DNA of 64,000 bases. Origin: Vicinamibacterales bacterium. GTDB lineage: Bacteria > Acidobacteriota > Vicinamibacteria > Vicinamibacterales > UBA2999. Location: positions 380 through 64,379 of the forward strand of contig DASTBV010000055.1 of assembly GCA_035711805.1 (NCBI GenBank). The letters run 5' to 3'. A program made the position numbers and the translations under genes. The notes beneath the pieces were generated by a model. The model searched no databases. It saw only the letters and a list, made by a program, of their open reading frames with translations, and was not told the origin of the DNA. Positions 8,253-16,663 of the stretch are shown piece by piece; position 1 is the first letter of the stretch; each line of letters opens with the position of its first letter.

Positions 8253-8948
8253 CTACGACGGGATCGAGCCAGTGGGCTCGAAGCGGTAGCCGATTTCCCG
8301 GATGGTCTGGATGTAGATCGGATTGTGCGCGTCGGGTTCGACCTTCGAGCGCAGCGTCGCGACACAGCGATCGATGCTGCGCGGTGTGACGAACACCGCC
8401 GCCCCCCAGACGGCATTCAGGATCGTGTCGCGCGCCAGCGCGCGGCCGGGCCTGGACGCGAAGTAGGCGAGCAGGGCGAACTCCCGCGCTGTCAGATCAA
8501 CCGGCGCGCCATTGCGCAGCACGCGGCGGGCAGCCATGTCGATTTCGCAGTCGCCAAACCGCTGCACCGCGCGATCCGTGCCGCGCCGTCGCAGCAGCGC
8601 CTTCGCCCGCGCGATCAGCTCGCCGGTGCGGAACGGCTTGGTGATGTAGTCGTCGGCGCCGAGATTCAAGCCGAGGATGACGTCCTCTTCCTGTCCCTTG
8701 GCCGTCAGCATGACGATCGGCACATCGATCCCCTGGCCGCGCAGCGTACGGCACACGTCGAAACCGTTCACCTTCGGCAGCATGATGTCGAGGAGGATCA
8801 GGTCTGGCTTCACGGTGGCGGCCATGTCGAGGCCGCGTTGCCCGTCGGCGGCGATGTGCACGTCGAATCCCTGCGCGCGCAGCGTATCGGACAGGCCGCG
8901 GGCCAGCGCCGGCTCGTCTTCGACGAGCAGGAGGCGCCCTTCGCTCAC
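8253..8948 (-). CDS. OmpR-family response regulator
   Basis: Receiver domain (LLLVEDE, ILLDIMLP, MLTAK, ITKPF) plus a winged-helix output domain (IQTIREIGYRF). Confidence 0.9.
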   Translation of the reverse strand: MSEGRLLLVEDEPALARGLSDTLRAQGFDVHIAADGQRGLDMAATVKPDLILLDIMLPKVNGFDVCRTLRGQGIDVPIVMLTAKGQEEDVILGLNLGADDYITKPFRTGELIARAKALLRRRGTDRAVQRFGDCEIDMAARRVLRNGAPVDLTAREFALLAYFASRPGRALARDTILNAVWGAAVFVTPRSIDRCVATLRSKVEPDAHNPIYIQTIREIGYRFEPTGSIPS

Positions 8949-10528
8949 GCAGATGCCTCTTCGGTTGGTAGCTTGGCCGCCGTCGCTTCAGCGGAGGCGG
9001 CAGGCCGACGTTCACGTCGGCCTTTCACCTCTTTCATCCCCTCCGCGTACGGCAGGCGCAGCGTGAAGGTGCTGCCCGCGCCTTCCATGCTGCGCACCGT
9101 GACCGACCCGCCGTGCGCCCGCGCGATCAGGTCGACGATGCTCAGGCCGAGACCGACGCCGGAGGTGGCGCTGGCCAGCCGCTGATCGACGCGGTAGAAG
9201 CGCTTGAAAATCCGCCGGTGCTCGCGCGGCGCGATCCCGATGCCGTTGTCCTGAATGTCGAAGGCGATGCCATCCGGCGTACGCGTCACCCTCACCAAAA
9301 CGCGTTTCTCGTCCGGCGTGTACTTCAGCGCGTTGTCGAGCAGATTGATCAACGCCGAAACCACGGCTCCCTCGTCCGCGCGGACCGGCGGCAGCTCTGG
9401 CGCGATCTCCAGCGTCAACTCGCAATCGGCCGGGACACGTTCGCGGATCGCGGCGATGGCGGTATGCACGAGCGTGGATGGCGACACGGCCGCGAAGGCG
9501 AATCGCTCGCGGCCGCGCTCGAGCCGCGAGAACGTCAGGAAGTTCTCGATCAGGCGCGTGAGCCGCGCGTTCTCGCTGGCAAGGAGGTGCAGATAGTCAC
9601 GCGTTTTCGTCTCGTCCAGGTGCGCGTCCGCGAGCAGGCCGTCAACCAGCACGCGCATGGACGCCAGAGGCGTGCGCAGCTCGTGCGAGACGGCGGCGAC
9701 GAGGTCTGTCTTGAGACGGGCCAGGCGCAGCTGGCGGCGGAACGCGCTGCCGGTGATGACCGCGATGAGCACGGTCGCGAAGAGACCTGACGCAGCCACG
9801 GCAATGTACGCCATCGCCTGCCGCTTCGCGCCCGAGTCGTCGACCGGCAGCGTTTCGAGCGGCTCGAAGAACGACAGCTGCCAGCCGGGCAGAGCCGCGC
9901 CGGCGGCGATGGCCTCCATGTCGGCCCGCTCGCCCGGCGCAAACGTGTTGAAGAGGATTCCGGACGGCTGCACCTCGTGCAGCATGTCGTGCATCATCGA
10001 CTGGATGGTGTCGGTCCGATAGAGGAGGACCGTCATCCCGTCCGCTGACGGAAACGCCCACACGTCGCGCAGGGCGGTCTGCTGAAACACCCCGGGCTCG
10101 AGCGCCAGCCCGCCACGCGCGGCGACTTCCGACGACAGGTCCAGCGCCGGCTGCACCTCGTTCCGGACGCCGGGTTCGAGCTCGCGCAGCCGCCCGGTGA
10201 CCGGGAAGGCGATCCGCCCGTATTCATCGAGCAGGATGGCGCCGTCGCCTTCGACCGCGAGCATCAATTCGCCGAAGCGCTTCACCGGATCGCCGCGGCC
10301 GTTGAGCCGTGCGGCGTGCGCATCCCATAACGCCTCGACCCGCGAGCGAACGAGACGCAGCTGCGCGCGGTAGCCCTCGAGCGTGCTGCGGCGGCTGGCT
10401 TCGGCCTGCACCTGAACCGCCTCGTTCATGAACCAGACGACGAATGCGGCGGGCAGCAGCGTCAGCAGCACCAGCAGGACGATGAGCGAGGTGTGGCGAT
10501 CGCGTCCGTCAGCCATGGGAGTCCACAC
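8945..10528 (-). CDS. sensor histidine kinase
   Basis: H-box SHELRTPL, N-box LLDNALKY, G-boxes DNGIGI and GVGLGLSIV. Two TM segments. 4-nt overlap with the response regulator gene. Confidence 0.9.
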   Translation of the reverse strand: MWTPMADGRDRHTSLIVLLVLLTLLPAAFVVWFMNEAVQVQAEASRRSTLEGYRAQLRLVRSRVEALWDAHAARLNGRGDPVKRFGELMLAVEGDGAILLDEYGRIAFPVTGRLRELEPGVRNEVQPALDLSSEVAARGGLALEPGVFQQTALRDVWAFPSADGMTVLLYRTDTIQSMMHDMLHEVQPSGILFNTFAPGERADMEAIAAGAALPGWQLSFFEPLETLPVDDSGAKRQAMAYIAVAASGLFATVLIAVITGSAFRRQLRLARLKTDLVAAVSHELRTPLASMRVLVDGLLADAHLDETKTRDYLHLLASENARLTRLIENFLTFSRLERGRERFAFAAVSPSTLVHTAIAAIRERVPADCELTLEIAPELPPVRADEGAVVSALINLLDNALKYTPDEKRVLVRVTRTPDGIAFDIQDNGIGIAPREHRRIFKRFYRVDQRLASATSGVGLGLSIVDLIARAHGGSVTVRSMEGAGSTFTLRLPYAEGMKEVKGRRERRPAASAEATAAKLPTEEASA

Positions 10529-10534
10529 GGGCCG

Positions 10535-11392
10535 TCAGTTCTCCGCCGGCATCTCGAGGCGATCGATCACGAGCACCTCGACCGGCGCACGGCCCTGAAC
10601 CAGCTTCAGTCCAAGTTGATCCTCCACCGCCGTGAAGAGAGATGGCAGCTCCGCCAACCGTGATCCGGCGATGCCGGGGCCGGTCCGCGGCGGGGCCGCC
10701 CTGAAGTCGATGTCAAAACGTCCGGTCAGGCCGGTGGCGTTCACGACGGGACGTCCGAGCGCACCGGCGAGCATCCCGGTGAGGATCGTGAGCTCGACGG
10801 CGCCTCCGGTCAAGCTGGCGGCTCCTCCAATCGCGCCGCACGTCGGGCGCACACCTGGAGCCGGCGGATCCGGCCGTTCGCCGGCAAGACTGCGCTTGCG
10901 AGCGGCTTCGATCGCCGCATCGCAGTTGACGTCGGAGCGCCGGAGATTGGGTCCCAGCCGTCCGTCGCTGCGCGCGAGCGTCAGAGTGTAGACATCCATT
11001 TCCCGTTGTTCAACGTGCGCGGCCAGCTTGAACCGTTCGACCAAGAGACCGCGATAATAGGCTGGGCGTTCTTCAATCGCCACGTCGCGACCGGCGGTGG
11101 CGTTGATGGCGAAGAGAGTCGTCCGTGCCCAGTCGGGCAGCCCTTCGATGCGATAGACCGGCACGAGATATCCGATCGAGACGAGGCTGAGAACGGGCAA
11201 TCCGCCGGCGAATCGGCCGCCCGGCTGCCACTGCATCGGGACGCGATCCTGCCGGGTGATCGGCCGCACGGCTGCGACGTCGAACGACTTGATCGGTCCG
11301 AGAGTTGGCCCCGCCTGCGCGGTCAGCGGGACCGGTCCTGCGGCGAGGACGACGACGGCGGCCGCCACCATGCCGATGATTCGCAAACGCAC
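10535..11392 (-). CDS. TIGR03435-family secreted protein, co-transcribed with the two-component system
   Basis: Motifs VVNATGLTGRFDIDF and FTAVEDQLGLKLVQGRAPVEVLVIDRLEMPAEN. 6-nt gap to the histidine kinase start. Confidence 0.85.
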   Translation of the reverse strand: MRLRIIGMVAAAVVVLAAGPVPLTAQAGPTLGPIKSFDVAAVRPITRQDRVPMQWQPGGRFAGGLPVLSLVSIGYLVPVYRIEGLPDWARTTLFAINATAGRDVAIEERPAYYRGLLVERFKLAAHVEQREMDVYTLTLARSDGRLGPNLRRSDVNCDAAIEAARKRSLAGERPDPPAPGVRPTCGAIGGAASLTGGAVELTILTGMLAGALGRPVVNATGLTGRFDIDFRAAPPRTGPGIAGSRLAELPSLFTAVEDQLGLKLVQGRAPVEVLVIDRLEMPAEN

Positions 11393-11433
11393 CTCAAAGG
11401 CAGGTTAGCGGTGGGGTGTTACGGAATTGTTAC

Positions 11434-11576
11434 CGTTCGAATCGTTCGAATCGTTCGAATCGTTCGAACCGTTCGAACGTTCTGAAGGCGAACGCCTCGA
11501 ACGACCCGAACGTTCCGAACGTTCCGAACGTTCCGAACGTTCCGAACGTTCCGAACGTTCCGAACGTTCCGAACGA
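11434..11576. repeat. 9-nt tandem repeat array
   Basis: (CGTTCGAAT) x3 plus 2 variant units, a 28-nt bridge, then (CGAACGTTC) x7 at 11507-11569. The units contain the palindromes TTCGAA and GAACGTTC. Confidence 0.9.
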
Positions 11577-12404
11577 CTATTTCACCTTCGTCAGCGTCAT
11601 CTGCTGCGCGGCACCGCCGCCGTTCGGGCGCTGCGTTCCCTCGATCACGCCACCTTTGACGCGGCCGTTGAACTCCTGTTTTCCGGTGGACAGCATCACG
11701 TCATTCCCGCGCAGGCGGCCGGTGATGTTGATCGTCTGCCCGTCGGATCCTCTCGAGGTTCCCGACAGCATCTGGAACTGCTGTGTCAGGGTGAACTCCC
11801 GGCCGTCGCCGGTCCGCCACGTGCCGGCGATCTTGGCCGGGACGATGTTCAGCATCACCGTGCACCACTGCGAGCAGTTCTCCACGGTCGTCTGCTCGTC
11901 CGGCGTCCAGTCGGGGATGCTGAAGGTATTCAGCACCACGCGCGTGCCGGCGGGCAGATTGAAAATCTTGTCGCGCAGCGTCGTCAGGTTGCTCGGCAGG
12001 AGGAACAGCGCCAGCGCCGTGGCCTTCGAGAAGTCCGCCTCGTACATGTCGCCCTGCACGAACTGGGCTCGCTCCGCCACGCCCTCCTTGGCGGCGATCC
12101 GCTTCGACAGCGCCACCATGTCCGGGTTGTATTCCACGCCGAGGCCGCGCGCGCCCAGCTTGGCCGCCGCGATCACATTCCGCCCGTCGCCCGATCCAAG
12201 GTCGACGACGAAGTCCTGCGGCGTAATCTTGCCGACCTCCATCATCTTGGCGACCGTCTCTTCCGGAGACGGGACCCAGACGACGTCCTTGCCAGGCTGC
12301 CCGACCTGGGGAACGAATTCTTCCTTTGTCTGCGCCGCGGCAGGATGCACGTAAGCGGCGGTCACGATAATTGCGACGACAACGCGTCCGACGGATTTCA
12401 ACAT
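11577..12404 (-). CDS. class I SAM-dependent methyltransferase with signal peptide
   Basis: Motif I VVDLGSGDGRNV. N-terminal signal MLKSVGRVVVAIIVTAAYVHPAAAQ. Confidence 0.75.
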   Translation of the reverse strand: MLKSVGRVVVAIIVTAAYVHPAAAQTKEEFVPQVGQPGKDVVWVPSPEETVAKMMEVGKITPQDFVVDLGSGDGRNVIAAAKLGARGLGVEYNPDMVALSKRIAAKEGVAERAQFVQGDMYEADFSKATALALFLLPSNLTTLRDKIFNLPAGTRVVLNTFSIPDWTPDEQTTVENCSQWCTVMLNIVPAKIAGTWRTGDGREFTLTQQFQMLSGTSRGSDGQTINITGRLRGNDVMLSTGKQEFNGRVKGGVIEGTQRPNGGGAAQQMTLTKVK

Positions 12405-12409
12405 CTCAG

Positions 12410-12659
12410 TCCCCCGAAAGGCCGACGGTCCGCCTCCGCGCTGCGCGCTTCGGCGAGACGGCCTCTACCATCCCCCGAAAGGCCGACCTGAAACGTCGGC
12501 CTCTACCATCCCCCGAAAGGCCGACCTGAAGGTCGGCCTCTACCAACCACCAACCACCAACTACCAACTAGAAAGGCGACACTACATATACCCGAAACTG
12601 GGACTAGAATGACCCACCTTCGCTGCTTTCCGCCTCCGCGCTCGGCGCTTCGGCGGGAC
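12410..12659. repeat. mosaic of nested repeats in a divergent spacer
   Basis: CCCCCGAAAGGCCGAC occurs 3 times (12411, 12472, 12510), each as part of a 38-nt hairpin unit AGGCCGAC-ctgaa-GTCGGCCT. The first copy is interrupted by a 31-nt element that recurs exactly 200 bp downstream (12429-12459 vs 12629-12659, 28/31 identical). CCAACYA repeats at 12541-12570. Confidence 0.85.
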
Positions 12660-12699
12660 AGGCTGCAGCTACGGTGGGCAAGCGCCCCTTGGAGGACGT

Positions 12700-13551
12700 A
12701 TGACTCGACGCACTGTTCCCGCTCTGCTGATGGCGGTTAGCTTGGCCGCGGCCACGGGATATGCGCAGGCTCCGGCTGGCGGCGGCCGGGGAGGGCGTGG
12801 CGCAGGTCCGGCTCAACCGGCGGCGGAGGTTCCGGCCGACCCTCTGAGCGCCCTGGCGCCGGCAAATCTCGCGAAAGCGCGGCCAAAGGCGCCCTTTGAC
12901 CTGACCGGTAACTGGTTCATCAACGGAGGTGTTCCCGGCGGTGGCTGGCTGTTCGGCCGGACGCCCGCGGTTCTTCCCAAGCTGACCCCGGCGGCGCAGA
13001 AGCACTTCGACGCCTACGCGGCTGCGGCGAAGGACGGCAAGGTCTATCGCGACGACATCGGCAAGTGCTGGCCGGCGGGAATGCCGGTGATCATGACGCG
13101 CGTCTGGCCGATCGCGATGATCCAGCTGCCGACGGCGATCTACATGATCAGCGAGTTCATGAACAGCCTGCGCGTGATCTATCTCGACGGCCGGTCGCAT
13201 ACGGATCCGGACATCGTCGTCCGCAGCTTCAACGGCGAGTCGATCGGCCGCTGGGAGGGCGACACGCTGGTTGTGGACACGCGCAATTTCACTGACCTCG
13301 ACAAGCACTGGGTCGATCAGGGAATACCGGCGAGCAAGGACTTCCGGATGATCGAGCGCTACAAGTTGATCAACAACGGCAACACGCTGCAGGGTGAGTG
13401 GACGTTGATCGACCCGCAGAACTGGGAAGGCGAGTGGAAGGGGACGCGCACCTGGAATCGCGTCACGGATCACGATATTCAGGAAGTCGAATGTCTGCCC
13501 GACCTGAACGAGCATCTCCAGAGTACGAAATCGGGAGTTCATGTCCGTTAA
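12700..13551 (+). CDS. secreted protein of unnamed family (paralogue of 14029..14838)
   Basis: GGAGG RBS and signal peptide. Motifs FDLTGNWF, CWPAGMPVIMTRVWPIAMIQLPTAIYMISEF and SIGRWEGDTLVVDT. Confidence 0.8.
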   Translation: MTRRTVPALLMAVSLAAATGYAQAPAGGGRGGRGAGPAQPAAEVPADPLSALAPANLAKARPKAPFDLTGNWFINGGVPGGGWLFGRTPAVLPKLTPAAQKHFDAYAAAAKDGKVYRDDIGKCWPAGMPVIMTRVWPIAMIQLPTAIYMISEFMNSLRVIYLDGRSHTDPDIVVRSFNGESIGRWEGDTLVVDTRNFTDLDKHWVDQGIPASKDFRMIERYKLINNGNTLQGEWTLIDPQNWEGEWKGTRTWNRVTDHDIQEVECLPDLNEHLQSTKSGVHVR

Positions 13552-13558
13552 TCGGGCC

Positions 13559-13632
13559 GGTTCACGAGGTTCAGTGGGTGCAAGGGGTTCAGTGGGTGCA
13601 AGGGGTTCAGTAGGTGCAAGGGGTTCAGGAGG
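13559..13632. repeat. 18-nt tandem repeat (GGTTCAGTGGGTGCAAGG) x3 plus partial copies
   Basis: Full units at 13568-13585, 13586-13603 and 13604-13621. The last partial unit, GGTTCAGGAGG, supplies the RBS of the next gene. Confidence 0.9.
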
Positions 13633-13636
13633 ACAG

Positions 13637-14029
13637 ATGAAGAAGCTCATAATCGCGTCGACCCTTATGCTGAGCGTCGTCGCGCCCGCGTTCGCGCATC
13701 ACTCGCCCGCGGCGTTCGAGGCACAGAAGACTGTGACGCTGACCGGCGTCATCAAGGAGTTCCGCTGGCAGAACCCGCACACGTGGATCGAGCTCTACGT
13801 GCCGAACGAAAAGGGCGAGGAGGTTCTGTGGGCGGTGGAGCTGACCAGCCCCACCTACCTCGTTCGCGCCGGCTGGAAGTCGAATACGCTCAAGCCGGGC
13901 GACAAGGTGACGGTGGTCGGCCGCCCGCTGAAATCGGGTGAGCCGGGCTCGGCAATCTTTACGTCGGTGACGCTCGCGGATGGACGCACCCTGGTCGAAC
14001 GGCCGGCGCGGCAGGGCGGTGCCAAGTAA
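13637..14029 (+). CDS. DUF6152-like small secreted protein
   Basis: Track ORF trimmed to the ATG at 13637, which follows AGGAGG. Signal peptide ending AFAHHS. Motif FRWQNPHTWIEL. Confidence 0.7.
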   Translation: MKKLIIASTLMLSVVAPAFAHHSPAAFEAQKTVTLTGVIKEFRWQNPHTWIELYVPNEKGEEVLWAVELTSPTYLVRAGWKSNTLKPGDKVTVVGRPLKSGEPGSAIFTSVTLADGRTLVERPARQGGAK

Positions 14030-14838
14030 TGTTCCGCCGCGTTGCGGTTGCAGGCGCCGTTGCCGCCGTCATCGCCGGGATGCCGGCGTCTCTCGTCGCG
14101 CAGCGCGGGCAGGCGCCTCCGCCGGCCGAGCCGTTGAGCGCGCTGGCGCCTGAAAACCTGGCCAAGCCGCGGCCGAAGGCGCCGTTCGATCTGACCGGGA
14201 ACTGGTTCGTCGACACCAGCGCAGGCCCCGACGCGTGGCGTTTCGGCCCGCCGTATCCGAAGCTGACCGCGAAGGCGCAGAAGGAATTCGACACCGGGAT
14301 GAAGTTGCTCAAGGAAGGCAAGGTCTACAAGGACGACATCGGCCAGTGCTGGCCGGCAGGCCTTCCGCTCATCATGACGCGCTACTGGCCGATGGCGATG
14401 ATTCAGCTGCCAACGGCGATCTACATGGTCAGCGAGTTCATGAACAGCTTCCGGACGGTCTTCCTCGACGGCCGTCAGCACACCGACCCCGACATCGTCG
14501 TCCGCACGTTCAACGGCGAATCGATTGGCCGCTGGGACGGCGACACGCTCGTCGTCGACACGCGTCACTTCCGCGGCGATCACCACTGGATGGACCAGGG
14601 TGGCGCGTCCATTCCGGCGGGCGAACAGCTGCGCATCGTGGAGCGCTTCCGGCTCCTCCCGGGCGGCAAGCAGCTGCAGATCGAGTACACGATGACGGAC
14701 CCCGAGCACTGGGAAGGCGAGTGGAAGAGCACGAAGCGATTCAACCGGGTCAACGACAGCGACATCAAGGAAGTCGTGTGCCTTCCGGATCTGAATGACC
14801 ACCTGAAGAGCACGCGATCGAAAACGCAGGTTCAATGA
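14029..14838 (+). CDS. secreted protein, paralogue of 12700..13551
   Basis: TAATG stop/start overlap with the upstream gene. Motifs FDLTGNWF, CWPAGLPLIMTRYWPMAMIQLPTAIYMVSEF and SIGRWDGDTLVVDT. Confidence 0.8.
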   Translation: MFRRVAVAGAVAAVIAGMPASLVAQRGQAPPPAEPLSALAPENLAKPRPKAPFDLTGNWFVDTSAGPDAWRFGPPYPKLTAKAQKEFDTGMKLLKEGKVYKDDIGQCWPAGLPLIMTRYWPMAMIQLPTAIYMVSEFMNSFRTVFLDGRQHTDPDIVVRTFNGESIGRWDGDTLVVDTRHFRGDHHWMDQGGASIPAGEQLRIVERFRLLPGGKQLQIEYTMTDPEHWEGEWKSTKRFNRVNDSDIKEVVCLPDLNDHLKSTRSKTQVQ

Positions 14839-14894
14839 CAGGCCTCAGGGATCAGGCCGCAGGCCTCAGGGCCTCAGGCCTCAGAGGAATTTCG

Positions 14895-16661
14895 ATGACC
14901 CGCTTTATTCTCGCCGCACTCGTCCTTGCGGTCACCGCGTCGCCTGCATTGGCGCAGGTCAGCTTCGTCGGCGACTGGTCGGGCCGCTACCACGAAGATC
15001 AACCCGATCGCGTGCCCGGCGAGGAGCCGGGCGACTTCAGCGGCATACCGCTCAACGAAGCGGCGCGCCGGTTCGGCGACGCCTGGGACGTCGCGCGGCA
15101 TTCGGTGATCGAGCATCAGTGCGCGCCGTACACGCTGCCGTACATGTTCTTCGGGCCAAACCAGTTCCGCATCTGGGAAGAACGCCATCCGGACACGCAG
15201 GAGCTGATCGCGATCCAGATGTACATGGGCACGTATCAGCAACGGCGGACGATCTGGCTCGATGGCCGTCCGCATCCGCCCGAATACGCGCCGCATACGT
15301 TCATGGGGTTTTCGACGGGCGAGTGGAACGGCGACGTCCTGACGATCACCACGACGCACATCAAGGCCGGCTACTACCGCCGGACCGGGGTGCCGCAGAG
15401 CGACCGGTCGACTGTCGTCGAACACTGGATGCGCCACGGCAACCTGCTCTCGCAGGTCACGATTGCGAGCGATCCCGTCTACCTGAGCGAGCCATACATC
15501 CGCAGCCAGGAATTCGTGACGATGGAGCGCGGCAACACCAACTGGCTCTACAACTGCGAGTACGTGCAGGAGCTGCCCACCGACAAGAACGACGTGCCTC
15601 ACTTCCTCCCCGGACAGAATCCATTCATCGGAGAGTTCGCCGCGCGGCACGCGATGCCCGAGGGAGGCGTGCGCGGGGGCGTCGAGACGCTGCTGCCGGA
15701 GTGGCGGCCCGGGGCCAAGCCCGTGGCACCACGTCCGAACGCGAACGGAGGTTTCCGGCCCGAGCATCAGCCGTCGAAGCTGGCCGCCGGCGAGGTGAAA
15801 GCCGTTCCCGTCCAGGGCAACGTCCACATGATCGTCGGCGCCGGCGCGAACATCGCCGTGCAGGTCGGGCAGGACGGCCTCTTGGTCGTTGACGCGGGTG
15901 CGGCGGGAACGAGCGACAAGGTCCTCGCCGCCATCAAGGCCCTCGCGCCGGGCAAGGAAATCCGGTGGATGGTGAACACCACCTTCCGTCCGGATCACAC
16001 CGCCGGCAACGAGCCGATCTCGAAGGCCGGGCGGACCGTCAACGGCAACACCGCGGACATCATCGCGCACGAAAACGTGGCGGCGCGGATGATCAAGGCG
16101 GGCATTCCGGATTCCAGCCGGCCGTTCAAGACGTTCTTCGAATCGGGCCGCGATCTTCCGTTCAATGGCGAAGCCGTAATCATCTATCACCCCGACTCGG
16201 CGACGACCGACACGGATTCGATCGTGATGTTCCGCCGGTCCGATGTGATCGCCGCGGGCGACGTGTACAGGACCGACAGCTTCCCGGTGATCGACCCGGA
16301 CAACGGCGGCACCACGCAGGGGACGATCGACGCCCTCAATCACATCCTGTCGCTGACCGTTCCGAGCAAGATGCTCCAGGAAGGCGGCACCTACGTCATC
16401 CCCGGCCACGGCCGGATCAGCGACGAGCACGACGTCGTGATGTACCGCGACATGGTGCTGATTATTCGCGACCGTATCCGCGACATGGTCGAGAAGAACA
16501 TGACGCTGGAGCAGGTCAAGGCGGCACGGCCGGCGCTGGACTACGAAGGCCGCTACGGGTCCGATACCGGGTCGTGGACGACGGCGATGTTCATCGAAGC
16601 GATCTACAAGGATCTCTCCGCTGCCCGGAAGGCCGGTGCGGCGACACGGAGCGCGAGGTAG
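14895..16661 (+). CDS. secreted fusion: N-terminal domain related to the operon paralogues plus a C-terminal MBL-fold domain with a degenerate metal motif
   Basis: Trimmed to the ATG at 14895 (signal MTRFILAALVLAVTASPALAQ). N-domain motifs FVGDWSG and TGEWNGDVLTITT. MBL-like motifs VVDAGAAG, NTTFRPDHTAGN (where HxHxDH is expected), IIAHEN and VIPGHG. Confidence 0.75.
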   Translation: MTRFILAALVLAVTASPALAQVSFVGDWSGRYHEDQPDRVPGEEPGDFSGIPLNEAARRFGDAWDVARHSVIEHQCAPYTLPYMFFGPNQFRIWEERHPDTQELIAIQMYMGTYQQRRTIWLDGRPHPPEYAPHTFMGFSTGEWNGDVLTITTTHIKAGYYRRTGVPQSDRSTVVEHWMRHGNLLSQVTIASDPVYLSEPYIRSQEFVTMERGNTNWLYNCEYVQELPTDKNDVPHFLPGQNPFIGEFAARHAMPEGGVRGGVETLLPEWRPGAKPVAPRPNANGGFRPEHQPSKLAAGEVKAVPVQGNVHMIVGAGANIAVQVGQDGLLVVDAGAAGTSDKVLAAIKALAPGKEIRWMVNTTFRPDHTAGNEPISKAGRTVNGNTADIIAHENVAARMIKAGIPDSSRPFKTFFESGRDLPFNGEAVIIYHPDSATTDTDSIVMFRRSDVIAAGDVYRTDSFPVIDPDNGGTTQGTIDALNHILSLTVPSKMLQEGGTYVIPGHGRISDEHDVVMYRDMVLIIRDRIRDMVEKNMTLEQVKAARPALDYEGRYGSDTGSWTTAMFIEAIYKDLSAARKAGAATRSAR

Positions 16662-16663
16662 TT

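Noticed and set aside
7007-8416. 469-aa minus-strand ORF
   Set aside because: It is antisense to the PAP2 gene, whose three catalytic motifs are intact. The product is Arg/Gly/Pro-rich low complexity, typical of shadow ORFs in high-GC DNA.
11416-12491. Plus-strand ORFs encoding PNVPNV / ERSERS repeats (11416..12354, 11427..12491)
   Set aside because: The repeat peptides are just translations of the 9-nt intergenic array. The rest of each ORF is antisense to a methyltransferase with a clear SAM motif.
11434-13632. Possible CRISPR arrays at 11434-11576 and 13559-13632
   Set aside because: The units are contiguous, with no unique spacers between them. They are only 9 and 18 nt long, and no cas genes are present.
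12604-16430. Minus-strand ORFs 12604..13650, 13855..14835 and 14874..16430
   Set aside because: They are antisense to the secreted operon. The operon's genes have signal peptides, SD sequences and mutual paralogy; the antisense products have none of these.
15965-16663. N-terminal 233 aa of track ORF 15965..17608
   Set aside because: This part overlaps the MBL-fusion gene out of frame. The real gene starts at the ATG at 16664, which has its own signal peptide.
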